From Lytechinus pictus (taxonomy: Eukaryota), in assembly GCF_037042905.1 (NCBI RefSeq), contig NC_087246.1, forward strand, positions 10,046,001 through 10,110,000: a stretch of 64,000 nt of DNA, written 5' to 3'. Below are positions 1-12,250 of this stretch, piece by piece. Position numbers and translations under genes: made by a program. Numbering within the stretch: the first letter of the stretch is position 1; every line of letters begins with the position of its first letter. Under the pieces are notes generated by a model, which saw only the letters and a list, made by a program, of their open reading frames with translations, had not been told where the DNA came from and ran no database searches.

Positions 1-543
1 ATGGAAGTAAAACTCTGAAAATGCACTTCTGAGTCTTCTAGAGAACTCAACTTCTTCTTGATGAAGAATCTGTTTTGCAGATGTGCCCTCAGAGCAAACT
101 GGAAGTAGAGGATGAGTGTTTCTAGGTCTGAGGAAAGGCGCAAGAGATGAGCGGGATGAAATGGTGGGTGTGGGAAGTGACCATCGAGACTACTTAGGGT
201 TTACTAGCAGCAATTGTTGTGACGAAGGCTTAGACATCTGTTTTGTACTTGTCACTGGCAATGACTAATTGAGTATCTTAGACAATAGGGAATAAGTGAG
301 TGTGTTCAAGGTTTTCAAGGATTGTGTAGGGGAAGAAGCATGGTCAAAGTCAAGGGGGTGGGCAGCCCCTTGAGATATAATGAAGTGATAAGAGTGTATA
401 TATGGAATGTTTATACAGAAACAGATACATTGTTATAATGAAAGATGATGAATGATGATATTATGATGACAGATAAGCGTACAGATAAGAGGAAAGGATT
501 AATGTTGTGACATATCTACCACAATTGTGGTAATTCTATTTAA

Positions 544-1146
544 ATGTCAAGTCCACCCCAGAAAAATGTTGATTTGAATAAATAGAGGAAAATCAACCTA
601 GCATTAATGCTAAAAATGTCATCAAAATCGGATGTAAAATAAGAAAGTTATGACATTTTAAAGTTTCGCTTATTTTTCACAAAACAGAGATATGCACAAC
701 TCAGTGACATGCAAATGAGACGGTCGATGATGTCCCTCACTCACTATTTCTTTTGTTTTCTGTTGTTTGAATTATACAATATTTCATTTTTTACAGATTT
801 GACAATAAGGACCAACTTGACGGAACCATACAGTATTAAACAATGCTAATTCCACATGTTCATGGAGGAATTAATCATTGTTTCACTTGACAATGAGAAA
901 ATTAGAATACTTCATATTTCATATAATAAAATACAAAAGAAATAGTGAGTGGATAACGTCATCAGTCTCCTCATTTGCATACCGACCAGGTTGTGAATAA
1001 TAACTGTTTTGTGAAATAAGGCGAAACTTTAAAATGTCATAACTTTCTTATTTTACATCCGATTTTGATGAAATTTTCAGTGCTATGCTTGTTTGATTTT
1101 TCTTATTTTATTCAAATCAACTTTTTGCTGGGGTGGACTTGTCCTT
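544..1146. mobile_element. Non-autonomous DNA transposon (MITE) family A, TTAA-flanked, Kolobok-like; copy 1
   Basis: TTAA at 540-543 and 1147-1150. Termini (a)tgtcaagtccacccca...tggggtggacttgtcct with >100-bp imperfect inverted arms. Homologous copies at 30192 and 38644. Confidence 0.85.
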
Positions 1147-2770
1147 TTAAGGAGAAAATATAACACTAATTTCAGAACTCGGTATGTCCTCCAGAAATAG
1201 TGTAACAACTTGACAATTAATGTTGTATTTTAATGGGATTGTTTTTTTTTTCTCTTTTTGTTCAAATAAAAATTGTGTTGCCCAAGGTAAACTGGCCCTT
1301 TAAAGAAACATAAATTTGTTATTCCTCTGTGATTTACTTTGATCTAGGCATCATATTATACAGAATTAAGAGACATGTGATTTCCTTTTTGAAATCCATA
1401 TATACTATCTGCAAAATGATTTTTTTTAATATCCTTTCGCCTTTTTTACCCACTCATGAATGAATGAGGAATCATATCAATTATATGAAATGAAGAAGAG
1501 ACTCTTTTGTCAATTATATTAGTGATTTAGCTATGATTGATAATTTTCAGTTTCTTTTTTTTAGACTGTACAAGAACATAGAAAACACAATAGGAATTGA
1601 AACCTGTCATAACCCTATTCTGAGCTGTAAACAATATTTGATCTTGACTTATTCTATTATATGAAATCTAGCTGATCCTTCATCACTTCATAATCCATCC
1701 ATTGAATTCACAAGCCTCAAGCTAAAATATATTATCATGATGATGATAAGAAGTTTCATATCTTTTACTCAGTTTATGCATCATTTCCTGTGATGGGCAA
1801 CTGATATTAAGTAAAACAAGGGTAAAGGGGATAATAGAATAAGAACCATTCAAGTATCTGTTTAACCATGGTGTTTAATTGATTTTTTTTTAACAGAGGT
1901 GCATCAATCAGAAAAAAATGATTATTTGCATCTCAAACCATGAGGGGGGGGAGCATTTAGTATAAATATGTAGGTCCATGGTATAAATGTATGATACGTA
2001 TGTGCCACGGTTGAGAACCCCTTTTCAGCCTAAATTTCTGTTCCAGAGCATCGCCAATTCAGAAAGCTATAGAAATTCCTATTTTTACCCATTCCGGAGA
2101 CCCTCAAATTTGTGTGTTTTCGTTCCAGTGCGCACCCACCATAAAATTCTCAGATTTAGTTCCAGAGCCCCCTATTTTCGACTCTGGTGCGGCACATAGG
2201 TATCATGTTATAGGGGGACCCATCTTTACTGTCACCATCTAAAAGATGTGTCCAGGGCTTATACCTTGAACCTCTGCATCGATTCATAACTTCCCCTAAT
2301 GACCAATTGCATTTAACAACATCTAATATGTGGCTTCATCAGAACTGATCCAAAAATTTTAATTTCAAATGCAAATATTTTCTAAAATTAAAATTTGATT
2401 AATATTCATAGTTCAAGGTTCAATTCAATTTACTTTGATTATCTAAAGGAAGAAAAAGACAAAAGAAGAAATAAGAATGAAAGCTTCTAGAGGTTATAAC
2501 CTGATAATAGGAATATCAAACTCAAACCTAATAATAAGAATATCAAACTCATCAAGCTTGCGGCTTTCTGATTCATATGGCGCATTGGGAGTTAACTTGG
2601 CACATGCTTCAGACAACAAAATTTGCCAAAACTTTCACAGGAAAAGGGAGAGGACCACCAAACAATCCTTTTACATGTCTCTCTCCTCTTAGTCTCATTC
2701 AAGAATTTTTGTCTCTATATATCCCCATCAATCAGAGATGGTATAGGGATGTATTAACAGAATAATTATG

Positions 2771-3432
2771 TAATATTGACTGGCCTTGAGGGAACATCAA
2801 ATATGTCGCCCGCAACATAATCATATTGGCCCTAGTCTTTAGACAAGGGCAATATGGTTCTTTTAAGGGCAACATATTTGATGTTTCCCGAAAGATGAGC
2901 CAGTCAATATTATCATTATTACCTACGGCTGTACAAAGTGTACTTCAAGCTATTATTTAGAACAATTTATATGCCTGTTTGCTTATCATTCCTTCTGATT
3001 TCGAGTTATTTACGAACTGAGTGAAGTAACCCTTGCTAAGCGATTGTGACGTAAATTGTTACCTTGCAGTCGCGCATCATGCATGGCGCGCACATCACTT
3101 AACATATAAATCTTGCGCTTGGTTTTGTGTATGCACTGCATAGAGATGCACTGGCTGCGCCGCGCATTATTTACAATACGTTGGTTCATAAACTGGTTCC
3201 AGGCAAATTTCTCAAATACTAAAATTAGCAATCAAAATCGGCTCAAATGAACAAGCGCCCTAGCAGAAATACAGCCAATATTGCCCTTTGTTTTTATATA
3301 CAGGATTCCTATGGGCAAAGCCCGGGGAGGGCAACATGGCAAATTTTTACTTCGTTGGTCTCGGATTGAAAGTAGCGAGTGAAGTATGATATTTATTTAT
3401 CTGCTAAAATTATTTGTATCATAGGTAATAAT
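2771..3432. repeat. Unclassified element: ~140-bp near-perfect hairpin followed by a segment bounded by a short inverted repeat
   Basis: taatattgactggc (2771)/gccagtcaatatta (2899-2912) with inner arms gggaacatcaaatatgtcgccc/gggcaacatatttgatgtttccc. Then attattacctac (~2916) versus ataggtaataat (3421-3432). Confidence 0.55.
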
Positions 3433-3579
3433 TGCTTATAGCTGAATGAGAGGTATGATATATTTTGTCAAAGTATTAGCCAATAATACCTGATAGTTTT
3501 AAACGAGGTGGATGTTATTAACTATTCAGAAAAGCAACAAATAATAGAATTCTGCAATATGTAGATGTGTGGGTTTATT

Positions 3580-3982
3580 TCCAATCGGTCTTACGCCAAT
3601 TCGTCCAATTACCAACTCGTCTCCTATCATTTGGTCCAACATCAGTTTGTCCACTATCTACAAGGTCTAATTGCCATTTCGTCCATTCACCATTTCGTCT
3701 AATAACCAGTTGATCCAATCGCCATTTAGTCCATTTACCATGTGGTCTAATTGGACCAAGTGTTAATTGGGCAAAATGAATTAAACTAACATGGGTATTA
3801 GACCAACTGATTATGAAATGGTCATAGACAAACTGGTAATTAGACAAAGTGATGATTGGACCAAATGGTTATTGGAGCGAATGCTTGTTAGACAAAATGT
3901 TGATGGACGGAATGTCATAAGCCTAAATGAAGACAGACCATGTGATGAGTGGACAAGCTGGCAACAGACGAATTGGCAATTT
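3580..3982. mobile_element. Small foldback/MITE made of degenerate 15-18-bp subrepeats in inverted orientation
   Basis: The left half repeats ccaa(t/c)tcgtc(c/t)a-like motifs and the right half their reverse complement (tagacc/gacgaattggca). ccaattcgtc at 3596 pairs with gacgaattgg at 3967. Confidence 0.65.
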
Positions 3983-4143
3983 ACTGGGAGGTGTACCAGT
4001 GAAGTTGGCTATGCCTGCCAAAAGAATCCTATTAAAGAAGTATGCTCTTGTGTCATGAATTTTCTATCATGGATATATGTAATGTCTGTTTACATTAGTC
4101 TACAATGCCCAGAAGATTCCTGTCTGATTTGTTTATAGACCTG

Positions 4144-4310
4144 GTGGGTGTTTCATAAAGCTGTTCGTAAGATAAGAGCGACTTTAAGAACGACTGGTGA
4201 TCCTTTCGCGCTAAACCATCGCCAATGAATGTACCATTTACTACAAGAAAGGATCACCAGGCGTTCTTAAAGTCGCTCTTAACTTACGAACAGCTTTATG
4301 AAACACCCAC
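4144..4310. mobile_element. Palindromic MITE with CTG TSD (PIF/Harbinger-like, CCWGG target)
   Basis: ~60-bp TIRs gtgggtgtttcataaagctgttcgtaag.../...cttacgaacagctttatgaaacacccac. CTG duplicated at 4141-4143 and 4311-4313. Confidence 0.9.
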
Positions 4311-4697
4311 CTGGTACAAAGACCTCGTTTGTACATGATCAATCTACCCAAACAGGCAATTCTACCGGCCAATGCCATGGCCCTTTCAGAGTGAAATCTT
4401 CTGATAGGTTAAGGTACAACTGTTTTTGTCTCTCATTTTATCTTGAGAAGCAATATAAGCTCAACTGGTCCTCCAGGCCAGATGAGTTTACACGATCATA
4501 TCTGTTTTGCTATTTTCTTATTACCCACTAGATGATGAAAACCAGAAAGTATATATTCATTCATTCTTTACAATAAAGTGGCTTGGCATTTAAAGACAAT
4601 ATGACGATAAGATCATCAGAGCAAGATCTGTGCCAAAAGATTTCTCCCACCAATCAAGATGGTGTAAAGAATCATCAAGGAACAGACATGACACCAG

Positions 4698-5135
4698 GAC
4701 CCTATTCTCATTTACAGTCCTAAAACTAGTTTACTGGAACCAGTTACATTTGATGTGTAATGGGAACTTTAGAAACGGTCTCAGAAGTGATCTTCCAAAC
4801 AGGTTTGGAAAACCACCTCACCATATATGGTTTTAAAACTGTTTTGCCTAGTTAAACTAGTTTAAGCATAGGTGATAGATAACACAACTGTTCTTCAGGA
4901 AGCAATCTTTGAACATTTTGGACGTGTGTACAATGCCTACACTGCGGTTGCAAATTTTGCGTGAAACATTTGACCCCGCTGAGAGCATTCTTATAGCAGC
5001 AAAACCACTTAAATTGAAGCAGTGCTGAAAACCAGTTCAGGAGATGTTGGTGAGAATGCTGGCAAAGTGATCTTCCAAACTGATTTCCTTAACTTAAGGG
5101 AAACCAGTTCAAGAAAGTATACTGAGAACAAGGTC
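4698..5135. mobile_element. MITE (gaccc(t/g)ttctca TIR family), copy 1
   Basis: gaccctattctca...tgagaacaaggtc imperfect TIRs. Homologous copy at 36679-37095. Confidence 0.7.
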
Positions 5136-5396
5136 AAAGAACAAGGCACATAGGAGCAAAGCAGAAACAGGGAATGAATAATACCAGGAGAGTGGTAGTA
5201 TGAATAGGGCCGTCTGCACCAGCCCGAGTTTTCAAATTAGCGCGCTTTTTATATTCACTTATACCTTTCTGCACCTAAAAGGTATATGTTCGTTTAGAGA
5301 CGATGACCCTTGGTTTTAAAAATGGTGATGTATACCTGATTAAGAATAAAATTCAAAGAATGATAAAATGACTTGATGACTTTTTAATCAAATTAA

Positions 5397-5789
5397 AGCT
5401 AAATGAACGTAGTTGCAGTAAAACACTGATTTTGTGAGAAAGTCTGTAAAACCAAGGTAAAGTATTGATATATCATCGTGGATCTAGATCTGGTACAGTT
5501 ACATAAACTGAACTTTGTGAAATCATAATATCTAGCTAAAAAACTATCACACTGAAGATCGCCAACACAGATAGGCACACGTGGGACAGTGTATTATTAT
5601 TGCTGGAATAAAGACCCGACGGAAGTGACCGAATCCGCGCTTATTTTGCTTATTTCTCAGCAATTACACTATTTCTTCCGGAATCCTTTGGCACATATTT
5701 TTATTCATACAAACAGACACTTTGGTGATCATTATATTAAATTCTGTAAAAAGTCATTTTGAGATCGTTCCCACAACTGGAATTTATCT
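5397..5789. mobile_element. MITE family B, TTAA-flanked, Kolobok-like; copy 1
   Basis: TTAA at 5393-5396 and 5790-5793, with AG...CT termini. Near-identical internal sequence to the copy at 16495-16889. Confidence 0.85.
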
Positions 5790-7819
5790 TTAATATGTTC
5801 AGCAATATTGTCACTTGGACATGGATGCCCTTAAATCTGAGTATAACCCAGAATAAACATTAATAAAAGAGAAATCAATTTTTTTAACAAGTGGAATGCC
5901 TCTGGCGGTCTCACCTGCATCACGCGATTCAATATAGCAGCAGTGCTGACTTTAAAAACTACTATAAAATAATTATTCGCAAAAAAGCAATCATATAATG
6001 ATACAATACTACGTTTATCGACATTTGACCTTGATCATGTAACCTAAAACTTGTCAGTGAAACTTGATTACCCCCATATCCATATTTTATACACTATATC
6101 TATAAACTTTGAAAGTTATGACAGCAATCTAATAATTACCTCTAAAATGGCCAAAGTTCAATGACCTTAAATGACCTTTGACTTTGGTCATGTGACCTGA
6201 AACTCAGACGAAAAGTTAAAAGATACTTGATTACTCTTATGTCCAAGTTCATAAATCAGATCCATAAACTTTCAAAGTTATAAAGGTAATTTAACAGATA
6301 CCCCCCCCCCAACATGGCCAAAGTGCATTGACCTTTGACCTTGGTCATGTGACCTGAAATTCGTACAGGAAGTTCAGTGATACTTGATTACTCTTATGTC
6401 CACGTTTTATGAACTAGACCAATAAACTTTCAAAGTTATGATGGTAATTCAACAAACCCCCAACTTGGCCAAAGCTCATTGACCTTACATGACCTTTAAC
6501 CTTGATCATGTGACCTCAAACTCGCACAGGATGTTCAGTGATACTTGATTACTCTTATGTCCAAGTTTCATGAATCGTATGAATTCGTATCAGGACAACT
6601 ACCCCCTGGACAATTACCCCCCGGACAACTACCCCTGGACAATTACCCCCCGAGGACAATCACCCCCCCCCCTCGGACAATTACCCCCTGCGGACAATTA
6701 CCCCCGGATATTAACCCCGAGGACAATTACCCCCCGGACAATTACCCCCCGAGGACAATAACCCCCTAGACAAAGGGAGTGCACAGAGTCATACAAAAGC
6801 CGTACGTTTGACGTAAGAAGTACTTAAGGCATTTTCAAGTATCTTGGAATCAAACGAGAAAGCCGTAAAAAGTGAGCTCCATCTGCAAATCTTTACGAAA
6901 CCCAAAATTGTATCATAATTTTTATATTAAAGATCATTCGTTTTGGCAATCTTCGCAGTGGCGAAGCTATGGGGGGCCAGGGGGGCACGTGCCCCCCCAC
7001 CTGAAAAAAATTGGCGAAGCAAAAAAAAGGGGGGAGAAAGAAAGAACAAAAAGAAGGGGAAAGATAGAAGAAAAAGAAGAGGAAAATAAGAGGAAGAGGA
7101 GTGAATGAAATAAGGTGAGGGGAAGACTTTGTGTTTATGTCACTACAGTATATGAAATTTTCGCTCACGCTTCACGCTCACATTGCCTGTTCAATGAGAT
7201 TCATGATATAGAGCTTAAAATATCAAGTTTTGAAGTCAATATACAAAATATATTTCAGCTCAGATATCAAGCTTTCATTATTTTTTCATTTACAAATTGA
7301 TTTTTTCAAGAGCTCTGTAAATTGTCTGTTTTATGGTCTAAATTTCAATATTTTCAGCTCACACTGCACGGTCGCATTATTTGATTTGCCAAGTTCCTAT
7401 TGTTTTGTATGATAGGCCTACTTCTTTATAAATTCTCACAAACCATCCTTAAAATGCACCTTAAACGAATTGTATATGCTTAACACTATCATGATTGCCA
7501 ATTTGTATGAAAAACACTGTATTTGATTATGTCATACTGGTTACAATTTTGTAATTTTGGTTCTTAATTTCCTTCTTTAACGTTGAATTGCTTTCACCCT
7601 AAAATAATACACACAAGAACACTTTGTAATTTTATCATTTAGGGCCTAAACTTACAAGGTGTTCTTGTGTGTATTATCTTTGCATCAATTTGTTTTTAGC
7701 TTACTGCATTAAGTTATCAACTAAAGCCACATCTTAATCTGGAATGTGCACCAATTGGTTCATATTTCTTAGCTTCTTTTTGTTGAATTGTTTTGAAATA
7801 ACAGGTTTATAGGTTATAT

Positions 7820-10800
7820 GTGACATGGTTTGTCTAAATCAGACAGAAGTCGCTCGATACCGAATTGAGAAAATGGGTAAAATGCAAAAAATCTTCAAAA
7901 ATCTCGAAATTTTTATTTTTACATTTTAGGGATGTTCAATGTTTCAAGTATACTCTGTCAAAAAATCAATCGAAAATGATAACGGGAAATTGTCGAAAAA
8001 GCCGTTTTTCTGCGAGTGTTTTTTCGGTCAGTTCGAACTTTTCTGACACTCCGCTCGTTCATCAAGCTCAAATCTTCGCGCTGTACTAAGCTCCGCCCCT
8101 AGCAACGTACGCCATTTTTTATTGGCTATTCATAGTACTCGCACGCAGCCGGTGCATGAAGGGGATTATTTAGCTGAAATCGATGAGCTGGAGTTAAGAA
8201 TTCGCATCCCGTTAGTAAATCTTTCTTAACAGGCATGCTTTTGAAAAGCGATGCTTTTGATCTATCTTTTTGAAGCGCGAGCGGGGAGGTTGTAATAGAA
8301 CTGGGAAGGGCGGGGGCTTGGGCGATGAGCTTGATTATTGGGTCTCAATAACAGCCGAGGACAAAACGTATTTAAAACACGGTTTGTAAATGAGGATTAA
8401 TTTCATTGAAATTACAAAGGATATGCTGAATTGAGAAATAATCTTTTATTTAATCTTAGGCCCATTATCAGGATTTTTTCATTAAGCGTTAAACGTGAGA
8501 TGGCATTTTCAAAAGAATGATTCTCAAATCCTTTAAAATATTGATCGTCAGTGAATGCGTGTTGATTTATTAAGTTCAAGAGAACGAAAGAGATCAAATA
8601 TATCATTCTCCCCTCACTATGTTGGTTCACTGTGTATTCCCATGTCTTTTTTTTATGGTTCTCTCTGTTGGCCATTGTCATAGGTATTTATTTCATATGT
8701 AATTCATTATAACTATTGTTATCCGAGGGGTCTACGATCCAGCTTCTAAGTGGACCTCTCCATTTCCAGCGAAATATTATTAATTCACCATAGTTTTTTA
8801 TTACAATGAGTTTTTATCAATTTTGGTTTCACACTTATAAATGTAACTGAAAATATATAAATATAACTAAAAGGTAGATTGCATGTATTCTACTTTGCAT
8901 TATTGTCATGATACTTGTATGAATTTTCTATTTTTGGGGAAATGAGAAAAAAATAAAAACTGAACTGAACTAAAACTGTAGCGGGAATAATCATAATCAC
9001 TTATTCAAGATAGGGAAAGCGGGATCTGGAAATGTTCTGTTTACTGTACACTTTGTGAACTTATAGGGATTAGAATCATATCAAACCCTTTATGATTCAA
9101 ACCTCTCGCCGTCAAATTTTCTCATGTCGTTTGAAGAAACAATAGCATTGGCGAAATGTTAACAAAGATACCAACAAATCCAATAGAGAGATGAAACAAG
9201 AAAAAAAGATCGATTGCTTAATCAATCACAATCACCAACGATAATCGTGTTTCAGGGTAACTACAATGATAATGATAGAATAATACTAACGAAGATAATA
9301 ATAATGATAATACAAAATAACAATTATAATTACAGGGATGATGGTGATGATAATAGTCAAAATGATAATTATGATAATTTAAAGAAAATCAATAATTAAA
9401 TATAAAAATTAATTTGAGCTTGTACTGCCTTTTCCGTATCTCAACAGTTATGGCTATCAAAATAAAATAATTCTAATCAATTTAAGAATCATAAACTACT
9501 AGGCTTAATCTTAGTGTTTTCTTGCTATAGGCCTATAGGCATAATAACGTTCTCTGATGGGTGAGAAGAAACATGGTATTAATACTGAATCTTGCTTGTG
9601 GTTTAATGTTATTGTGATAGAAAATAATAATAAAAAACAAAACAAGCATGTTCGAGTTAGCATCTGTGTCTGGCTTTGGTAGGCCAATTCATGACGAAAT
9701 GCTAACAACGCAATCATTACAAAAATAAAAAAATAAAACACAATCTGTTACGATTCCTATTTTTTACTTTTGATGGTGCAAGCATAGGCCTTTACGTAGA
9801 AAAAAAAAAGACAGATTTGATAATGAACAATGAAGATAGTCCAGGGTGTAGCGATGGGGGTGGAGATGCTCCCGGCCTGCGCCAGGTGCAAATTTTTTGT
9901 AAAATACTTCAAAAGGCTTAGGTTTTTTTCTTGTTCTAATTATAAAAGCTAGATTGTGGTAAAGAAAGGAAGCATCCCCCTCGCCTTCCCGCCCGCGCTT
10001 CAAATAGATAGATCAAAAACATCGCTTTTTAGTGTTCTCAAAAGCATGTTTTTAAGAAAAGTTTACAAAGAGGATGCGAATTCTAAAGGCGTAGGTGTGG
10101 CGATAATGGCACTGGGCCGGGCGGGGGCGTGGGCGATGGATTATGAGCTCGAGTATAATCGCGAAATAAAAGCCAAGGGCAAAACGTATTCAAAACACGG
10201 GTTTTTTATGAGGATTAATTTCCTTAGAATTACAAAGGATACTATCAAGGAGACAATGATAACAGGTACTTTCTCTATCATAGGCCATGATCAGGATCTT
10301 TTCATTATTTAAAACTTTTTTTTTTCGGAGATGGCATTTTCAAAAGAATTAAAGATTTTCAAATCTTTAGAAAATATTGATAGTCCGTGAACGTGTGCTA
10401 ATCTATTAGTTTTAAAGAGAATAAATAAAGAAACTAAATCGAACGTCAAAGTTTGCGCTATCCAAGTGAAGCCCCTTTCACAATGGTGAATTATGTAAGA
10501 AAAAGAAAGAAATTGATGGCTTAATCCATCACGAACAATAATCATGATAATTGAAAAAATAATAACCATGGAAATAACAATGACAGTAATACAAACGATA
10601 ATAACAGTAATCATAGATATAAAATGGTAAAAATGTTGATTATGAATGATGATTTTTTTTTTTATACAATATAAAAAATATATTAGGAGCTTGATATTTT
10701 ATCCGTATCTCAATATTACTGGCTATTAAAATGAAATATCTTCTAACCAATTCAAGAATAATGACTAATAAGCTTTATATTAATTTGTCATAGGCATAAT

Positions 10801-12250
10801 AGCGTTCTTTGATGGTTGATAAAAAAACATGGCATCAATACTGAATCTTGCTTGTGGTTTAATTAAAAAGTTATGATAGAAAATCATAATTAAAAAACAA
10901 ACAATTATGTTCGAGTTAGCATCTGTGACTGGCTTAAGTAGGCCTTCATGACGAAATACAAACAACACAATCATAACAAAAATAAATAAGAAACCAATCT
11001 GTCCAGATTCCTATTACTACTTTTGATGGTGCAAGCATAGGCCTTTACGTAGAAAAAAAGACAGATTTGATAATGAACAATGAACGCGAAATAACCAAGG
11101 ACAAGACGTATTAAAAAAAACCGGTCGTATGTGAGGATTAATTAATTTCATTGAAATTATCAAGGATATGCAGAATTAAGAAAGTTTCTTTTAATCATGA
11201 TTACGATATTTTCATTAGCGTTTTTAACATTTTCAAAAGAAAGATTTTCAAATCCTTAAAAGATTGATCGGCAGTGGAAGTGAGTTTTGTTAATCAATTT
11301 TAAAGAGAACGAACACTAAGAGTTAAACGTAACACGTTCTTAACAAAAAGTGGGGTCTATGAGTGAGGGGATGTTAGACTTCTTGCATGATATTAAGAAA
11401 CACATCTGTGAAAATATCCTTCATGGAAGAAAAATAAAGCGGAATAAAAACAAAGACGGCGTGTGCCTCTGTGTGTTGGTTTTTACGGTGGTATAAACAC
11501 AGTTCGCTTTACTCATTTTACCCCGGCATTTTACGTTTTAAACTCTTCTCATAAAGGTGATGCAAGTTCTTAAGATGCCACGAAATTGATAATAACTTCA
11601 AAAAAGAAGGAAGAGAAGAAGGAGAAGAAAAAATGAGGAGATAGCAGATTAAACTCCCGGATTAGACTCATGGTAGTATAGGGCCGATACAGGCGCTGGT
11701 ATAGACTAAAAAAGGTTCAGTCCGCATTCAACATGGACGCCACGCACAATCGCAACTGAAAGCACAATGTGACAATAGACAGAGAACAATACCAGACACG
11801 GCAAAAGCCACGCAAAATGCATCACTGTCCAATAAAATAGCTTGTATTTCTCTCTTTAAAAAACGTATAATTAATGGTTGAAACGATTACAAAAACTTAT
11901 TTTCTTTGAGGAGAGATCTCAAGGATTCAGGAAAACCCAATTTTATTGTAAATCATTGACGGTTGCTAAGCACTTTCAGTCAATGAAGGGATGAGTTTCC
12001 GCGTGAAACATGTGAAAAAGGCTCCGAGAAGTCTGAAAGCGGGCGAAACTTCAGAAGCGATTTTCTCGTAAAAATACTTTTTATGAACTCTCGTACCTGG
12101 GACATTTAAAGACTATTTTCTCAACAAATACTATGTCCCTTAGCATGTGCTATATACCAAATTAAAGCTTGAGAAATGGAGAATCATAATTTCAAAAAAA
12201 ATTATAATTGAAAAAATCGATTTCTGTCTGCTTTTGACAGGACGAGTCAC
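7820..12250. mobile_element. 4.4-kb non-autonomous DNA transposon with ATAT TSD (Sola1-like)
   Basis: ATAT at 7816-7819 and 12251-12254. 33-bp TIRs gtgacatggtttgtctaaatcagacagaagtcg vs reverse complement gtgactcgtcctgtcaaaagcagacagaaatcg (25/33 match). Confidence 0.75.
8308..11330. repeat. Diverged local duplications (Y-Z-Y-Z-Y) inside the Sola-like element
   Basis: Block Y at ~8308, ~10118 and ~11085 (ggacaaaacgtatt...gaggattaatttc). Block Z at ~9415-9835 and ~10687-11083, ending in near-identical ...gacagatttgataatgaacaatgaa. Confidence 0.75.

Noticed and set aside
1..200. Open minus-strand frame running off the window edge
   Set aside because: About 65 codons with no ATG, no clear acceptor and no motif.
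6545..6769. ORFs with GQLPP/DNYPP/RTITP repeats
   Set aside because: These are translations of the 15-bp terminal tandem array. All frames give repetitive peptides and there is no gene context.
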